Positions 39,076-51,453 of a stretch of DNA of 64,000 nt are shown here, piece after piece (within the stretch, counting starts at the first letter, position 1; every line of letters starts with the position of its first letter). The stretch comes from Octopus sinensis (lineage: Eukaryota). The translations under genes were made by a program, and so were the position numbers. A model generated the notes under the pieces. The model was not told where the DNA came from and did not search any database. It saw only the letters and a program-made list of their open reading frames with translations. Where the stretch lies: positions 4,588,001-4,652,000 of the forward strand of contig NC_042999.1 of the NCBI RefSeq assembly GCF_006345805.1. Reading direction: 5' to 3'.

Positions 39076-41024
39076 TATTAAAAAAAAAATCATCAAATTT
39101 ATCCCAAATATACTATATATGCAGATTCCTATCCAAGGTGTAACTTGAAACTTCATTTGGTAGTGAGGCTTTGGTTGAGTAGTTCCAGGGTTTTGAAGAG
39201 CATGGAACCACCTCTCAACAACGATTGCTCCCAGATCTACTCTGATCCAAAGTAGTAGCATTTAAAATGGTCTCGGTTATGGTCTAATTAACATGTTATG
39301 GAAGAAACTCCAGACACAAATCTTCATTATGTCGTGAGTGCCTTGGGTAAAGAAAAGGGTAGGAGAGTCAACGTCAACTGTAAATCAAAGAGTCCCGGTG
39401 CCCACTCTGACATTCCTCCAGCCCTGTTATGGCAAATTGCTCCAATGTAAAACCTAAGCAGCCTGCTGGGCACTGCAGTTGTCTTAGACCTTTGAGCCAC
39501 TGTGGTCAGACCTCCAAGACTAAAGAGGAGGATTGGATTGCATTTGCCAATTGTCCTTTTAAAACTATAAAGCACAAACATGAAGAAAAGCTTGGTAGCA
39601 TCAAGGATTGGTCTACATAAGAGCTTGAAGGTGTGCTGCTCTTTCTCATTATCTTTAGACAAGAAGAAGCTGCTATCATCATGATATGAGACAAGTTGAA
39701 AAGAATCAATGTGCAACCACTTAGAATAACAAAAAAAAAACAAAACAAAGAAACAAATATAAGTCTGAGAGAGAACGAACACTTAATCTATAATCATTAG
39801 TCTACCATAGGCAAACAATAAACCTTATTTTGTCAGACTAACGATTATAGATACATTGTGTGCGTGCGTGTGTGTATGTATGTAAAAAGCACCAACCAAT
39901 CATGGCCGTTGTTAGCCTCGCCTTGCACCTGTGCCAGTGGCACGTAAAATGCACCAATCCGACCACGGCCGTTGCCAGCCTCGCCTGGCACCTGTGCCGG
40001 TGGCACATAAAAAGCACCCACAATACTCATGGAGTGGTTGGCATTAGGAAGGGCATCCAGCTGTAGAAACACTGCAAGACCAGACTGGAGCCTGGTGCAG
40101 CCTCTGGCTTCCCAGGCCCCGGTCGAACTGTCCAACCCATGCTAGCATGGAAGACAGACGTTAAACGATGATGATGATGACACATATATACATGTGTGTC
40201 AGTCAAGATAAAACCTGAAAAGAGAGACACAGCATGTTTTGACGATAACATTGTAGCATTCCATTAAACCAACCACAAAATAGACCAGAGTGTGGAGGCC
40301 AGCTTGAAACTGGATACACATGCAGACCAAGTAGAACAAATACTGCAAGTAGCTGCTACCATCTGTTCGTTTGTCTATGTAAGCGATAGAGGACATAAGC
40401 AGGACTTCCGGGGACCACTTGAAAATTATTAAAAATACAATACAGAACACAAATAACAGAGATATTTTTTTATAAGTATTTATAAAGTGAAACAAAAACA
40501 AAAGTACAATCAAAAAAATTTTTAAATGCTATCAGGAAATTCAGCCAACGCAAGAGTATGGTGTGATTCTGAAGGACAATTAAAGGTTCAAAGATTCCAC
40601 GAGTTATCTGTTCTGTTTATGATACGTTTATTGATAATGGACTGAAGTGTAATGATGTCATTATTTAGCACGTTTACACGAGCTGCAGCGTTTGCCAATG
40701 AAATAGGCTTAATGTCAGCAGAGAGAGAAAACTTAACATTTTCATAAACTATTCATTCAGCATCAGTTTATTGGATTAAAAATGCTAATGGAAAATTCCT
40801 GTTGTATAAACAGCCTGTCACACTGTGGAAAGGGGGTGGTAATAGTTTATGCACGAGAGAGAGAAAGAGTGGGAGAGAGAGCAGAAGAGGGAGGGAGTCA
40901 AATGAATGCTACTAACGCATGCACACACACATACAAACACTACTGGTGTACACATATGCACATCATCACGTGCATTTTGTAATGTCCACTTGTCTGTACT
41001 TACATGGGTCAGATGGAATATATA

Positions 41025-41432
41025 TTTCTTTACTACCCACAAGGGGCTAAACACAGAGGGGACAAACAAGGACAGACAAAGGAATTAAGTCGATAACATC
41101 GACCCAGTGCATTACTGGTACTTAATTTATCGACCCCGAAAGTATGAAAGCAAAGTCGACCTCGGCAGAATTTGAACTCGGAACGTAACAACAGATGAAA
41201 TACCTATTTCTTTACTACCCACAAGGGGCTAAACACAGAGGGGACAAACAAGGAGAGACAAAGGGATTAAGTCAATTACATCGACCCCAGTGCGTTACTG
41301 GTACTTAATTTATCAACCCCGAAAGTATGAAAGCAAAGTCGACCTCGGCGGAATTTGAACTCAGAATATAGCACCAAACGAAATACAGCTACGCATTTCG
41401 CCCGGCCTGCTAACGTTTTTGCCAGCTCACCA
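41025..41432 (-). mobile_element. SINE family B dimer
   Basis: Two bodies joined by the AAAGAAATAGGTATTTC junction. Confidence 0.85.
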
Positions 41433-41979
41433 CCTCAGTCAGATGGAATATACTGAGGCAGATTTTCTATGACCAGATGCCCTTTCTCTTGCTAACCCTC
41501 CCCTGTTTCTAAGAAAGGTAATATTTACTCCTGGCCAAACGTGTTTCACACAGAAAATTCAAAATGAATGACACTGTATGACAATGACAATCATTTTGCA
41601 ACAATTATGCAAAGTCAAGATGAGGTATAAACACACACACACACGACAGACCTCCTGTTTCTGTCTACCAAATCCACTCACAAGGCTTTGGTCAACCCCA
41701 GGGCTTAGCAGAAAACCCTTGTCCCAGGTGCCATGGTGTGGGACTGACACTGAAATCATGGGCTTGGGAAGCAAACTTCTCAACTATACAGCCGTGCCTC
41801 CACCTATGACACACAGACAACAATTAGCTGTGTCTTTGTGTGTGTATGTGAGAGTGGCAATGTATGTACATGTGCACACATCATTAGCATGCGGATGAGT
41901 GGAAACTAAACAAAGACATACTTTAACAAAAGAATATTGTTTATCCACAAGTTATAAACGAGGAAAATACACCATTTCA

Positions 41980-43187
41980 GTCTTTTACTTGTTTCAGTCA
42001 TTTTGACTGTGGCCATGCTGGAGCACCACTTTTAGTCGAGCAAATCGACCCCAGGACTTATTCTTTGTAAGCCTAGTACTTATTCTATCTGTCTCTTTTG
42101 CCGAACCGCTAAGTTACAGGGACATAATCACACCAGCATCGGTTGTCAAGTGATGTTGGGGGAACAAACATACACACACACACACATATATATATACATA
42201 TATACAACAGGCTTCTTTCAGTTTCTGTCTACCAAATCCTCTCACAAGGCTTTGGTCGGCCCGAGGCTATAGAAGACACTTGCCCAAGACACATGCAGTG
42301 GGACTGAACCCGGAACCATGTGGTTCATAAGCAAGCTGCTTACCACACATTTGTTTAATTTGATTTCTTTTGGTGGGTTGCAAACACTTCGTTTTAAGGG
42401 CTCTCAGGAAGCCATATTTGCTCAGGCATAAATCGCATTATTTTATACAAGATTTTAAGTGAAAAAAGCCTTATAAGGCAATATGTCAAATAACTTTAGG
42501 GCAGCAAGCTGGCAGAATCGTTAGCATGCTGGGCAAAATGCTTAGCTGTATTTCGTCTGCCATTACGTTCTGAGTTGCAATTCCTCTGAAGTCGACTTTG
42601 CCTTTCATCCTTTCGGGGTCAATTAAATAAGTACCAGTTACGCACTGGGGTCGATGTAATTGACTTAATCCCTTTGTCTGTCTTGTTTTTCCCTCCTATG
42701 TTTAGCCCACTGTGGGTAATAAAGAAATAAATATATAAATAAATAAATAAATAGGTGCAAAAGTGGTTGTGTTGTAAGTAGCTTGCTTACCAACCACATG
42801 GTTCCAGGTTCATTCCCAGTGCATGGCACCTTGGGCAAGTGCCTTCTACTATAGCCTCGGGCTGACCAAAGCCCTGTGAGTGGATTTGGTAGGCAGAAAC
42901 TGAAAGAAGCCCGTCGTATATATGTATATATATCTATATGTGTGTGTGAGTGTGTGTAGTGTGTGTGTGTGTGTGTGTATATATATGTTTGTGTCTGTGT
43001 TTGTCCCCCAACATCGCTTGACAACCAATGGTGGTGTGTTTACATCCCCATAACTTAGTGTTTCAGCAAAAGAGACCGATAGAATAAGTACTAGGCTTAC
43101 AAAGAATAAGTCCTGAGGTCAATTTGCTTGACTAAAGACGGTGCTCCAGCATGGCCACAGTCACATGACTGAAACAAGTAAAAGAGT
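41980..43187. mobile_element. Two SINE family A copies in opposite orientation (41980-42350 minus, 42753-43187 plus) flanking a family B copy
   Basis: Reverse-complement matches of the family A head and tail. Confidence 0.8.
42503..42727 (+). mobile_element. SINE family B copy
   Basis: Full head-to-tail match to the family pattern. Confidence 0.85.
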
Positions 43188-43195
43188 ATGTCATA

Positions 43196-43556
43196 TCTTT
43201 ATATATAAAAGAGAAGTTGTATGTCTGTCTCCTACGATTTAGATTCCTAACTACTCCCACATTTTGCGGTGCAGTCGTGATTCATATCGAGCCCTTCTGG
43301 GTATTAGCGCATGTCTACGATGAGTCTACGATTTAAAAAAAATTTACCATTATCTTTTTCCATTTTAATGCATTTTTTCGCTATTATATAAGGGAAGTAA
43401 CTCTCTAAAAATGTCTATGATGAGTCAACGATTTAAAAAAAAAATTTACCATCATTTTTTTTCCATTTTTAATGCATTTTTTGGCTATAACTCTCTAAAA
43501 ATGCTTATATAGTTATTTCCCTTACAAACCCGAGCAACGCCGGGCGATACTGCTAG
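43196..43556 (+). mobile_element. Non-autonomous Helitron-like element, same family
   Basis: Same 5' TC..TATATAAAAGAG and 3' CGAGCAACGCCGGGCGATACTGCTAGT ends as 32782-33283. Confidence 0.75.
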
Positions 43557-43799
43557 TAACTTATAAACAAAACATTTAAAATACTGTATTGGTTCGTAAT
43601 GCTTAGTGGTTGTTTCCAACTAAACCATGGACTTTTCACACGGCCAGTTAGTCCATAACTAACAGTATCTACTAAACACCACTTACACTGATTTAGAAAG
43701 CTGTAACAGCGGGATCATTAAAACAGTGAAGTTTATTGTCATCATCATTGTTTTGCAACCAATTTTCTGTACGGTCATGGCCGGACAGTTTTGTTGCCG

Positions 43800-44110
43800 T
43801 GTCTTAGAAAACAGCACAGCTCCCATCACATTCAGAAACATTCTTTTCACACTCAGAGTTGCTGAAGCATGGAACAAATCACCTGCATCAGTAGTTAGTT
43901 GCCAAGACATTGCATCCTTTAAAACTTCCATGCATCCTACACTACACCTGATATCCACCCACCTCCATACACATACACACATAATTATCATGACTCATAC
44001 ACTGTTCAATTTCCTTACTTTTGAACATAATTCTATGTACTGTACATATATCACCTGAGCACTATACACAATAATTTCATTATTTTTATTATTTTTATTA
44101 TTATTATTAT
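43800..44110 (+). mobile_element. CR1/L2-type LINE 3' end fragment
   Basis: FRNILFTLRVAEAWNKSPASVVS...SFKT motif followed by a (TTA)n tail. Confidence 0.65.
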
Positions 44111-45150
44111 ATACGATACAGAAAAACATAAAGCAATGCCAAAACCTGTTATTGCATAAAACATGCATTTTTAAGGCATTGGTTTTTAGAACTGGATGCC
44201 CTCTTCTTTATTAACTACTTCACAGCATGGACTGAATGAATGCTATCATGTCAAGGCCTCTATTTTAGCTCTCCTTCCAGCACCACCTCTGGTACTTCTA
44301 TGCTTTCTTCTATAATACAAGTAGCCATTAAGGCATCAAGCTGGCAGAAACACTAGCATTCTGAGTTCAAATTCCGCCGAGGTAGACTTATCCTTTCGGA
44401 GTTGATAAATTAAGTACCAGTTGCATACTTGGGTCGATCTAATTGACTGCTCCCCCCCCCCACTACGTTCCCTAAAAATTTCGCGCCTTGTGCCTAGAGT
44501 AGAAAAGAATATGAGTAGCCATCTAACTCCTCTACAGCATGAAACCTGTTCAGGCCCTTTCTCTTCTAGCATAAAGCCAACATGTGAGTGTAGGCACATG
44601 GCCTAGTGGTTCGGGTGTTGCACTCACAATCACTAGATCATGGAGTCAATTCTCAAACTGGGCAGCATGTTGTGTTCTTGAGCAAGACACTTCATTTCAT
44701 GTTGCTCCAGTTCACTCAGCTGTAAATGAGTGACTCTGTGACAGACTGGCCTTTTAACCAATCAGGGCGAATACTGGCCTGCCTGCCTACCTAGCCAGTC
44801 AGGTGGCATCATTTCATAGCTAAAAAAACAAAACAATTTCAAGTGCATTGTGACCAGTGATGTATAACAACATCTCATAGTCTGGTCAATCATGTGATAT
44901 ATATGAATTAATTGAATGAGAGGAGAACTGAAAAGATGTAATTGACTCCATCAGCTTACAGCCGTTTCTGTTTTAAGGGGCAGTGCATTCCTTCTCGTAG
45001 CAGGAACAGGAATGTGTCAAGGAAGTTGATTACATCATTCCTGTTCCCTTTGATATTTTATTTCATTCGTAAATATATTGACTTGTAACAAAAGATTATT
45101 AGCTTCATTATGTGTAAGTGAGACAGACAGACAGCTAGATAGATAATATA

Positions 45151-45975
45151 AGACGAGATAAGACAAGACGAGATAAGACAAGATGAGATGAGACGAGATA
45201 AGACGAAATGAGACAAGACGAGATAAGACGAGATGAGATGAGACGAGACGAGATAAGACAAGACAAGACAAGATGAGACAAGATGAGATGAGATGAGATG
45301 AGACGAGACGAGACGAGACGAGATAAGACAAGACAAGATGAGACAAGATGAGATGAGACGAGATGAGATGAGATAAGACGAGATAAGACAAGACGAGATG
45401 AGACGAGATAAGACGAGATGAGATGAGACGAGATAAGACGAGATGAGATGAGACGAGACAAGTTGAGATGAGACAAGACGAGATGAGACGAGACAAGTTG
45501 AGATGAGACAAGACGAGATGAGACGAGACAAGTTGAGATAAGACAAGACAAGATAAGACGAGACAAGACAAGACGAGATAAGACGAGATGAGATGAGACG
45601 AGATAAGACGAGATGAGATGAGACGAGATAAGACGAGATGAGATGAGACGAGACAAGTTGAGATAAGATAAGACAAGATAAGACGAGACAAGACGAGATG
45701 AGATGAGACGAGATAAGACGAGACGAGACAAGTTGAGATGAGACAAGACAAGACGAGATGAGACGAGACGAGACAAGTTGAGATAAGATAAGACAAGATA
45801 AGACAAGACGAGACGAGATAAGACGAGATGAGATGAGACGAGATGAGATGAGACGAGATGAGACGAGACAAGACAAAAGACAAGAGATGAGACAAGACAA
45901 GACAAGGCATGATGAGACGAGACAAGACGAGACCAGACCAGACAAGACCTGATGAGACAAGGCAGATAAGACAAG
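45151..45975. repeat. Pentanucleotide satellite (AGAYR)n
   Basis: Strict 5-bp phase over ~145 units (45151-45875) of AGACG/AGATG/AGACA/AGATA plus rare AGTTG, decaying at the right end. Confidence 0.97.
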
Positions 45976-46244
45976 ACAGATTAGATAGATAGATTTCTTT
46001 ATTTAGCCACACAGTGCTTAACACAGAGGGGACAATACAATGTAGAATTTTTCTTTTTCGAAATCGATCAAAAGGGATCAAAAAAAGATGGTTTTGTTCA
46101 CAAATAGATAACAAGGTGATGTTTTTTTAACAATTTGAATTCCCAAAAGGGGGAGAAAATATAACATTGACTAGATTTATCCATAGAGAGAAAAACCTAC
46201 GAACAAAAACCACGGTAACCTCGGCAAAAGGAAAAATCTATATA

Positions 46245-46830
46245 GATAGACGAATTAGACAGACGGATTAGATAGACAGACAGATGGATGGATTATCGAG
46301 ACAGACAGATAGATTAGATAGACAGACAGACGGATTAGATAAACTGACGGATTAGACAGACAAACAGAGAGAGAGACAGATTAGAGAGAAAAACAGACAG
46401 ACAGAGATAGATTAGATAGATGTCCAGACGAGATCGACAGAGAGACAGATTAGATAAACAGACAGAGAGACAGATTAGATAGATAGACAGAGAGGCAGAT
46501 TAGATAGAGACAGATAAGATAGACAGACAGATTAGATAGACAGCCAGAGATTAGAGAGATTAAACAGACAGAGAGACAGAGATTAGACAGACAGAAATCA
46601 GACAGGCAGATTAGACAGACACACAGACAGACAGTCAGATTAGATAGATAGACAGACAAACAGAGATTAGACATGCAGACAGACAGACAGAGATTAAACA
46701 CACAGACAGACAGAAATTAGACAAAGACAGACAGATAAACAAAGAGACAGATAAGATAGACACACAGATTAGATAGACAGACAGACAGACAAGATTAGAT
46801 AGATAGACAGAGAGACAGATAAGACTGACA
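46245..46830. repeat. Degenerate (GATA/GACA)n array
   Basis: Mixed GACA/GATA/GATT tetramers. Confidence 0.9.
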
Positions 46831-47114
46831 GCATCTAACATCTATTTTTGCATGCTAACTTGAACAGTTTGACAAGAGTAGGCAAGTCAGAAGCTTGCAC
46901 CAAGCTCTGATTCTCTTCTTTGGCATGACTTCTATGGCTGGGTGTCCTTCCTAATGTCAACCACATTATAGAGTGTACTGGGTGCACTGGAGGTATCACC
47001 AAGTAACTTCCAAGACACCCCTATCCAACTGGGAGTGGAGGAAGTATTGAGGGAAGTGGCTTTATGTCAGTTCATGATAGAGGAATAGAGATAAGACATC
47101 TTGCTATAGAGGAT

Positions 47115-47147
<33 letters not shown>

Positions 47148-47149
47148 AA

Positions 47150-47480
47150 ATACAAAATGGGAGAAGAACGCAAAACATCTGGACAACAAGGTGATACAAA
47201 AAGGGACAAAACATCCAGATAGACGATACAAAAAAACAAGGACAGGTCATTCAAAGCTTTTTATCCTCAGTCAAGAACTGGATCATCCTCGCAATTTTGG
47301 CTGATTAAATATATATGAACACAAAAATGGTACAAGAACGCAAAACATCCACACGGTTAGGTGATACAAAAAAGGACAACAAAACATCCAGATAGACGAT
47401 ACAAAAAAAACAAGGACGGGTCATTCGGAGTTTTCTATTCTCAGTCAAGTTCCAGATTATCTTTGCAATTTTGGCTGGTT
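47150..47480. repeat. Two-copy ~170-bp tandem repeat
   Basis: AGAACGCAAAACATC...GATAGACGATACAAAA...CTCAGTCAAG repeated at 47165 and 47335. Confidence 0.85.
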
Positions 47481-49057
47481 ATACTCGAGATTGCTCCAAT
47501 CTGGCCAGCCCCAAGGAAAAACTAAGCTAAGAGCATTAGATTCCTTGGAAGAAAACAGTAAATATATACGTATATATGTATATATTTATGTGTGTGGGTA
47601 TTTGTATTTGCACCAAAATACCAATTTCTACTATGAAATAGAATTCCTGCAGCCTGTTGGGCTTGCTATAAAACATACGCCACTATCACTACACTCTGGT
47701 GTTATCAAAGTAACTATCTTGATAAGCTTTGTAAACAAAGAAGGGAACCCCTACAGACTAAAGTAGAACACTGAATCAAGAGTAGAAATTTAAACTAAAC
47801 TAGATAAATCTTCATCATCATCATTTTAATGTTCACTTTTCCATGCTTGCATGAGTCAAAAGATATACATAAAAAATTTTCTACAGCTGGGTGTTCTTCC
47901 TGTCATCAACCCTCCAGTTTCCAAATAAAGTAATATTTCCATTAATCTGTTGAACACAAACAGCATAATGTCTGGGCGTGTTTCACTGAAAAATGTAAAT
48001 GGACAACACCAACTTGTAGGAGAGCAACATTTGTTTACAACCAGGATGCAGTGTTAAAACAGGGATACAACACACACACACACACAGTAGACTTCTTTCA
48101 GTTTCCATCTAACAAAATCCACTCATAAGACTTTTGTTGAGTTGGGGCTATAGTAGAAAACACATACCCAAGGTGACAAGCAGTAGGACTGAACCCAAAA
48201 CTACGCGAGTACAAAGCAAACTCCTTAACCACACAGCCATGCATGAACCAACAAATACAGAGGAGTTTCATGGAGAATATTTTGAAGTTTACATTCTGTC
48301 AAAGATATTTAGTACTTGTTTGAAATGTGACAGTATTTGAGTTGCCCCAACAAGTGTTGAATTTGTTCCTTTCATGCCATGATTTACACAGAGCTGACAA
48401 AGGCATTCAATTTTCCATATCTCATTCTTTTATATTTGTATATCAGCCAAATGATATTTTTTTCCCCTGACAACATTCACTTCATTTACTTTTAACCCTT
48501 CTGGACTTTGTAATTGATAAGAATAATTTATGAAATCAACTCCCTTTCATTATCTTCTCCTAAATCCTAGTCTCTAGATGTTTAACCCTTAAGCTTTCAG
48601 ATTATTCTGTCAAATGTAATGCTTATTTATTCACATTGTTTTGAATTAATCATGCATTATCTGCTAGGTTTCCGATTCCAATGACGGAACTGCTCATTTA
48701 TAGAATGACACCTCTTTCTGGACAGTTTGAACATAAAACAAGTATAGTATTTGGGTTGAATATGGCTGGTTTAAATGCCAAAGGGTTGAGCACAATTTGA
48801 GCTTCAAATTCTATACCAAACAATTATTTTCAATTTCATTTCAAACAACTTCATATCTACAAGAAAGATCCAAAACATAGAAATCTTTTATATAGAATGC
48901 TAACACCATATATATATATATATATATATATATATCATCATCATCATCAAACATCAATTTTCCATGGGTTGGATGGTTTGACAGGAGCTGCACCAGGATT
49001 CATTGCCAGTTTTGGTATGGTTTTACAGCTGGATGCCCTTCCTAATGCCAACCACTT

Positions 49058-49104
<47 letters not shown>

Positions 49105-51027
49105 GCACCCTTTTAAAATCTAGCCAGGCTCATGGGCCCAGTCTCGGTTTCTATGGCGTATGTGTTCCCCAGCTGGACGGGACGCCAGTTCATCGCAGCG
49201 TTACTCATTTTTGCCAGCTGAGTGGACTGGAGCAACATGAAATGAAGCGTTTTGCTCAAGAACACAACACGTCGCCCGGTCCAGGAATCAAAACCACAAT
49301 CTTGCGATCATGGTGCTGACACCCTAACCACTAAGCCACACACATAGAAAAAGAGAGTGAAAGAAAGAGATCCTTAATAAGTCTTTGCTAGATGGACAAA
49401 GCAATGACCAACTGCTTTAAGTATTTCTCTTATCTACAATTGCTTTCCAGACTATACTAGATTAACAGGGCCCGTCATAATACTTTCATTCCCATTGCCT
49501 TTTTTTAACATTCCTTTCCATTACAATTTTTAACTCATTTTGACAAGAGTTCCACTTAACTAACAAAACACACCTATACTGAATGGTTATAGACTTGTTT
49601 ACCGTAATTTCAAAATTTTCTTTTCATCAGTTATTTTTTTTTTATTTTACTTCCAAAAATCTATGAAAAACCTTCAATTATTATCCTCCATATAAGTACA
49701 GGCATGGCTGTGCTTTTAAGAAGTTTTCTTCCCAACCACTTGGTTTCAAGTCCACTTCCTCTGGGCCAAACAAAGCCTTGTGAGTGGATTTTGCAGGCAG
49801 AAACTGAAAGAAGCTGTGTGTGTGTGTGTGTGTCTCTCTCTCTCTCTCTCTCATTGTCTTGACATCATGTGATGGTTGCAAACAGTGCCACTGTCATATT
49901 GGTGGTGTCATTTGTGTCAAATCTTCTGCAGAAACATGTCCAGCCATAGGGAAATATTTCTAATGCTTAGAAATAGATGAGAGTCGGCAAGAGGGAGAGC
50001 TTTCTTCCTTAAAATAATCTGCCTTCACAATTTCCGTCCGACACATGCAAGCATTAAAAAGTGAACATTGGAAATAATGGTGAAGACAGTTTCAAGGTCT
50101 TAAATATCCTTTTAATAATCTATCAAAACCAGATATACATATAATAGTCTTGATTTATCAGTCAGATCATCATCATATGTCCGTTTTCCATGCTAGCATA
50201 GGTTGGATGGTTCGACCAGGGTCTGGTAAGCCATGGAGGCTGCACCAGGCTCCAGTCTGATTTGGCAGTGTTTCTACAGCCGGATGTCCTTCCTAATGCC
50301 AACCACTCCGAGAGTGTAGTGGGTGTTTTTCATGTGCCACCGGCACAGGGGCCAGAGCAGGCTGGCAAACAGTCACGATCGGTTGGTGCTTTTACGTGTC
50401 ACCGACACGGACGCCAATCAGGCGGTGCTGGCATGTGCCACGTTCGGACGGTGCTTTTTATGTGTTACCAGCACGGGTGTCTTAACTACAATTTCCATTT
50501 GAATTTTTATTCTGATGTAGAATAAAAGTTGGAAATATTAATGCTATTAGGTTGTAAATGTTTCTGCCAAAATATTTTCAGGCTTGCCATGAACACAATC
50601 CAACTGCTGATAACTTAAACCAATATTTGCACAGGTTTAAAGTCCACCATACAAGTTGATTACAATTCACATCCACCAATTTTGTAGGCAAACCATTCAA
50701 TAGTTCTCTCTATTCCTGACAAACAGCCAACAATTTTGAGGGGAGGGGAATGTCGATTACATTAACCCCAGTGCTCCAAAGGCATTTATTCTATCAACAT
50801 CCCAAAAGGATGAAATGCAAAACTGAATTGATTTTGGTGGCAACTGAACTCAGAACATAAAGAGCTGAGAATCATTCAATAACTGAAACCCAAACTGTAT
50901 CAATACTACATCCACCCTTCCAGTAACTAGGACATTCAGCTCACAATCGTAAGGCCATGGGTTCGATTCCTGGGGTTGCATTGCATCTTTGAGCAAGACA
51001 CTTTATCTTTAAGAGATGAGGAATCAT

Positions 51028-51453
51028 GTACATTATTTATATTTGACAGATATTTGTCCTCATCTTGGTTGTTGTTAACACGTTTCGGCTTCATCAGGTG
51101 TCTTGGGGAAATTTCAAACCTGGGTTCTCATTCCTAAGGTATTTTATGATATTATTCAGGTCACTGCCTGGAATCGAACTCGGAATCTTGGGGTTAGTAG
51201 CCCACGCTCTTAACCACTATGCCATATGCCCGCAGGCATATGACGTAGTCGTTAAGAGCATGGGGTTACTAACCCCAAGATTCTGAGTTCGATTCCAGGC
51301 AGTGACCTGAATAATATCATAAAATACCTTAGGAATGAGAACCCAGGTTTGAAATTTCCCCAAGACACCTGATGAAAGCTAGAGGGTATATCAGCCAAAA
51401 CGTTGTGTAACAACAACCAAGATGAGGACAAATATCCGTCAAAAAAAATGTAC
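51028..51453. mobile_element. Palindromic element: two divergent tRNA-derived heads, each arm ending in a hammerhead-like motif
   Basis: Arms meet at a 4-nt spacer CGCA (51231-51234); 92 bp are identical between arms; A/B boxes present; CTGATGA...(G/A)AAACGT cores at 51076-51102 (-) and 51365-51408 (+). Confidence 0.85.

Noticed and set aside
40199-40513. 104-aa hydrophobic minus-strand ORF / possible cassette exon in PEF intron 1
   Set aside because: Weak AAG acceptor, no convincing donor and no recognisable homology.
45035-46114. Three overlapping 279-359-aa minus-strand ORFs (L/V/I-S-S/C repeats)
   Set aside because: They are translations of the (AGAYR)n satellite, stop-free only because of unit composition; no splice or start context.
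47240-47460. Possible hammerhead cores (CTGAGGA...GAAT) on the minus strand of the 170-bp tandem repeat
   Set aside because: GAAA is not intact and no stem I or II pairing could be built.
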